This document shows, piece by piece, positions 20,405 through 25,380 of a DNA stretch of 25,380 nucleotides. The DNA is from Chiloscyllium plagiosum (Eukaryota): positions 454,918 to 480,297 of the forward strand of contig NC_057754.1 in the NCBI RefSeq assembly GCF_004010195.1, in the 5' to 3' direction. The first letter of the stretch is position 1, and every line of letters starts with the position of its first letter. The notes below the pieces were generated by a model. The model had not been told where the DNA came from. It ran no database searches and saw only the letters and a list, made by a program, of their open reading frames with translations. The translations under genes and the position numbers were made by a program.

Positions 20405-21772
20405 GTACCACTTCCTCTGGCAGTTAATTCCACATATATAAACCACTCTATGTCTCAAAGAACGTTACCCCTCAGGTCCCTTTTCAAGCTTTCTTCTCTC
20501 ACCTTAAAAATTTGCCCCCTAGTTTTGAATTCCCCCACCCTAGGGAAAAGACGTTGCTATTCACCTTATCTATGCCCTTCATGATTTTATAAACCTCTAT
20601 AAGGTCACCCTTCAACCTCCTACACTCCAGTGAAAAAAGTCCCAGCCTCTCCTTATAACTCAAACCTTTTTGTCCTGGCAATGTCTGGTAACTCTTTTCT
20701 GTGTTGCTGGTTTAAATTAAGCAAGAGGATATACCCGTGGCGTAACAGTAAGCATGCTAAACGCTTTCTTAACCACCCTGTCTACTTGTGGTGCAGCCTG
20801 CAAAGAGCTAGGTACCTGGTCGCTAGGTCTCTTTGTTTGACATTAAATGAATAAGCTCTGCCCTTGTTAGCCTCACCAAAATGCAATATCTTGCATTTGT
20901 CCGAATTAAAATCCATCTGACACTCTTCAGCTAATTGATCAAGATCCTTTTGCAATCTTAGATAAGCTTCACTGTCAACAATGCCACCAATTTTAGTATC
21001 ATCTACAAATTTACCAACTATGCCTCCTAAATTCTCATCCAAATTGTTTATATAAATTACAAATAACAGTGGACCCGGCACCAATCCCTGCAGAATATTG
21101 CCAGTCACAGGCCACCTGTTTTAAAAAAAACTATCCTCTACCAATACCCACTGACTTCTACAGTCAAGCCAATTTTGTATCCACTTGACCAGCTCTCTCT
21201 GAATCTCATGATCTGACTTTACTAAACAGTCTATCTTGCGGAACCATGTCAGTTACTAAAGTCCATGTAAACAACATCTACCACTCCGTCCTCATCAATC
21301 TTTTTGATTACATCCTCAGAAAACTCAATCAAGTTTATGAGGCACAATTTCCCTCACACACAAAGCCAAGCTGACTGTCCCAAATCTGTTCCAGCCTCTC
21401 CAAATGCTTCTCAATCCTGTCTTTCAGAATCCATTCCAACACCTTACCTCTCACCGATGACAGGCTCACTGCCCTATTGTTCCCAGGCTTCTCTTTACAA
21501 CCTTGGTTAAATAAAGGCACAACGTTAGCCAGCTTCCAGTCCTCTGGCACTTCATCCATTGTTTTGGATGATACCAATATCACTGTGAGGGGCCCTGTAA
21601 TTTCTTCCTTAACTTCGCACAATGTCCTGAGAAACACTTGATCAGGTCCCAGAGATTTATCCACCTTTTCATTTAAGACATCCAGCACTTCCTCCTGTAA
21701 TGTTTTCAAGACGTCAGTATTTATTTCCCTAAGTTCCCTAGCCTCTATATCTTTCTCCACAGTACAAACTGG
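20405..21772 (-). mobile_element. CR1 LINE ORF2 remnant (RT domain)
   Basis: Minus ORFs: EVPEDWKLANVVPLFNQGCKEKPGNNRAVSLSSV; GPLLFVIYINNLDE...KFVDDTKIGG; LSYKERLGLFSLECRRLKGDLIEVYKIM. Confidence 0.92.
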
Positions 21773-21887
21773 CAAATTGGTTGGAGATCATTTGTCTTTC
21801 ACAAAATCATGTTGACTCTGCCTGATTACATTTAACTGTTCACCATGCCCTGCTTTACATCCTTTATAATAGCTTTTAACATTTCCC

Positions 21888-22179
21888 AGAGACTATTTTC
21901 CAGGGCAGAAATGGCTAACATGAGGGGTCATAGTTTTAAGCTGGTTGGAGGAAAGTATAGAGGGGATGTCAGAGGCGGGTTCTTTACACAGAGAGTTGTG
22001 AGAGCATGGAATGCTTTGCCAGCAGCAGTTGTGGAATCAAGGTCACTGGGGACATTTAAGAGACTGCTGAACATGCATATGGTCACAGAAATTTGAGGGC
22101 ACATACATGAGGATCAATGGTCGGCACAATATCGTGGGCTGAAGGGCCTGTTCTGTGCTTGTACTGTTCTATGTTCTAT
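21888..22179 (+). mobile_element. Young CR1 3' end inserted into an older minus-strand CR1 fragment (about 21775-22240)
   Basis: MRGHSFKLVGGKYRGDVRGGFFTQRVVRAWNALP; tttccc duplicated at 21882-21887 and 22180-22185. Confidence 0.88.
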
Positions 22180-22634
22180 TTTCCCTACAACATTTGTTAA
22201 GTATGCTGTGATTTCCTGCTTTCTGTCCCCCTCCATTTTTGAATAAAGGAGTATATGAATTATTTTTCATTCTAACACAGACTTGTTCATCAGGCAGCCT
22301 GCAGGTCAAATGCTGCCCACCCAGGTGCCCTACCCCAATCATGATTCATGTTTCTAATATAGATATGGTCATTTGGAAGATTTTACAAGGAGCTACTCCA
22401 GTCAGAGGCCATTTCCTATCAGCAGCCAGACACAAGAGAGCAATGGCCTCAGATTGAAGGAGCAGCAAGCTGTGTGACCGTTTCTAACTTTATTACACCC
22501 GAGGTCTATGTAAAAGGAATTGTAGAAATAAGATTGCCATTGTTTAGGGAGACTATAAGGGACATGATACCTGTGGGAGGGTGAGGGGACAAGGCTGGGA
22601 GTAGGTGTGCAGATCAGCTGCCCAGTGATTGAAT

Positions 22635-23216
22635 GAGTCATAGAGTCATACAGCACAGAAAGAGACCCTTCAGTCCAACCAGTCCATGCCAAAATAATCC
22701 CAAACTAAACTAGCACCACCTGCCTGCTCCTGGACAATATCCCTCCAAACCTTTCCTATTCATGTATCTATCCAAATGTCTTTTAAATGTTGTAATTGTA
22801 CTCGCATCCACCACTTCCTCAGGAAGTTCATTCCACATGTGAACTACCCTCAGTATAAAACATTTGCCTCATCTTTTTAAAATCCCTCTCCTTTCACCTT
22901 AAAAATGTGCTCCTTAGTCTTGAAATTCCCCTATCCAAGGGAAAAGACAACTACCATTACCTTTATCTATACCTCGCATAATTTTATAAACTTTTATCAG
23001 GTCACCTCTCAAACTCCTGCTATCCAGTCAAAAAAGTCCTAGCCTATCCAGCCTTCCTTTATTACTCAAATCTTCCATGCCCAGCAACATCCTGGTAAAT
23101 CTCTTTTGAACCCTCTCCAGCTTAATAATATTCTTACTATAACTGGGTGACCAGAACTGGACACAGTATTCCAGAAAAGACCTCACCAATGTCCTCTACA
23201 GCCTCAATATGACCTC
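22635..23216 (-). mobile_element. CR1 3' fragment
   Basis: gagtcatagagtcatacagcacagaaagagaccc tail; reversed RT C-terminal motifs (ggtgaccagaactggacacagtattccag). Confidence 0.88.
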
Positions 23217-24812
23217 CTCCTACTGCCCCCTTGATCATGACCTCAACTTCTATCACCAAACCATCATCTCTCAGACTGTACACAACCTCATCACCTCAGG
23301 GGATCTCCCACCCACAGATTCCAACCTCATATTTCGGGAACCCTGCACTGCCCGATTCTACCTCCGACCCAAGATCCATAAACCTGACTACCCCGGCCGA
23401 CCTGTCATCTTAGCCTGCTCCTGCCCCGCCGAATTCATCTTCACATACCTTGATACTGTCCTATCCCCCCAGTCCAAGAATTCCCCATATACGTTCTGAA
23501 GCTCCCTGTTACACACACACACACACACACCTGTCCCACTGAGCAGCTCCCTGTTACACACACACACACCCCTGTCCCATTGAGCAGCTCCCTCACACAC
23601 ACCCTGTCCCACTGAGGACCTGTCTGCCCTGGTCCAGGACCCCCCCACATACGTTCTGAATACCACCCACACCTTCCACCTCCTCCAAGACTTCCATTTC
23701 TCTGCCTCCCAATGCTTCATCTTCATCATTGAACATCCAGTCCCTATACAGCTCCATCCGCCATGACCAGAGCCTCCAAACCCTCCGTTTCTTCCTCTCC
23801 TGCCGTCCCCACCAGTACCCTTCCACTGACACTCTTATTCATTTGGCCGAACTGGTCTTCATCCTCAATTTCTCCTTTGAATCCTCCCACTTCCTCCAGA
23901 CGAAAGAGGTAGCCATGGGCACCCACATGGGTGCCAGCTATGCCTGTCTTTTTTGTCGGCTACGTGGAACAGTCTGTCTTCCACAGTTACACCAGCACCA
24001 CTCCCAACCTTTTCTTCCACTACTTTGATGACTGCATGTGCACCACCCCATGCTCCCACGAGGAGGTTGAACAGTTCATCAACTTCACCAACACATTCCA
24101 CCCCGACCTTAAATTTACCTGGATCATCTCTGACACCTCTCTCCCCTTCCTGGACCTCTCCATCTCCATCAACAGTGACCAACTCAACACCGACATTTTC
24201 TACAGACCCACAGACTCCCACAGCTACCTGGATTACACCCTGCCTCCTGCAAAAATGCTATCCCTTATTCCCAATTCCTCCGCCTCTGCTGCATCTGTTC
24301 CCAGGAGGACCTGTTCCATTACAGAACACACCAGATGGCCTCCTTCTTTAAAGACCACAATTTCCCCTCCCACATGGTTGATGATGCCCTCCAGCGCATT
24401 TCATCCACATCCCGCACCTCCGCTCTCAAGCTCCACACCTCCAATCGCAACAAGGAGAGAACTCCGTGGTCCTCACCTTCCACCCCACCAACCTCTGTAT
24501 ACATCACATCATCTTCTGCCATTTCCACCACCTACAAACGGACTCCACCCCCAGAGATATATTTCCCTCCCCACCCCTATCCGCTTTCCGTAAAGACCGT
24601 TCCCACTGTGACTACCTCATCAGGTCCACGCCCTGTAACAACCCACTCCCCTTTATCTCCCCACTCCCGAGGCTCCCAGCCTCATTCCTGGTAAAGGGCT
24701 TTTGCCCGAAATGTCGATTCTCCAGCTCCTCAGATGCTGCCTGACCTGCTGTGCTTTTCCAGCACCACACTCTCAACTCTGGTCTCCAGCATCTGCAGTG
24801 CTCACGTTGTCC
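23212..24812 (+). mobile_element. Penelope-like element, 5'-truncated and frameshifted; GIY-YIG region deleted
   Basis: ARFYLRPKIHKPDYPGRPVI, NIQSLYSSIRH, AMGTHMG, HYFDD, LPFLDL, DIFYRPTDSH (PLE RT motifs); 3' end matches 18571-18700 with a degenerate hammerhead at 24688-24715 (CTGGTAA...GAAATGTC). Confidence 0.92.
23501..23616 (+). repeat. Three-unit minisatellite gctccc(tgt)t(ac)n..ctgtcccaytgag inside the PLE
   Basis: Direct reading; (AC)n length shrinks in successive units. Confidence 0.85.
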
Positions 24813-24864
24813 TCCTCCACGCTAAGATAAAGGATGGGCCTCCATCTCCCGACTCCTGGGAGGG

Positions 24865-25380
<516 letters not shown>

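Noticed and set aside
22530..22570. PYSLPKQW as a decayed DPF2 exon 3 (LYSYPARRW)
   Set aside because: Wrong phase relative to exon 2, few identities and no KKRR motif; probably coincidence

Overview
Eukaryotic, repeat-dense genomic DNA from a cartilaginous fish, most likely a shark. This assignment rests on HE1-type V-SINEs, Deu-domain SINE remnants, many CR1 fragments and GIY-YIG Penelope-like elements (PLEs). The only confidently recognised gene piece is a 161-bp coding exon of DPF2 (Requiem/BAF45D, exon 2) on the minus strand at 25110-25270; its exon 3 is not visible in the 25 kb downstream. Other non-repeat signals are a CpG-rich multi-CCAAT/E2F-like promoter at about 6.1-6.6 kb, two candidate minus-strand exons at 15.3-15.6 kb that read like the C-terminal end of a Kazal (SPINK-like) protein, and a candidate alternative last exon for DPF2 at 22.5 kb. 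The most structured mobile DNA is two independent tails-out inverted PLE insertions (154 bp and about 1.9 kb). Each carries hammerhead-ribozyme motifs and has a 14-15-bp target-site duplication (TSD), and both landed in the same motif at a CR1 3' end. Repeat family names come from recalled consensus sequences and translated motifs, not database searches, so repeat boundaries are approximate. Two N gaps (17043-17144, 18144-18484) hide sequence. No prokaryotic-type system or CRISPR array is present.
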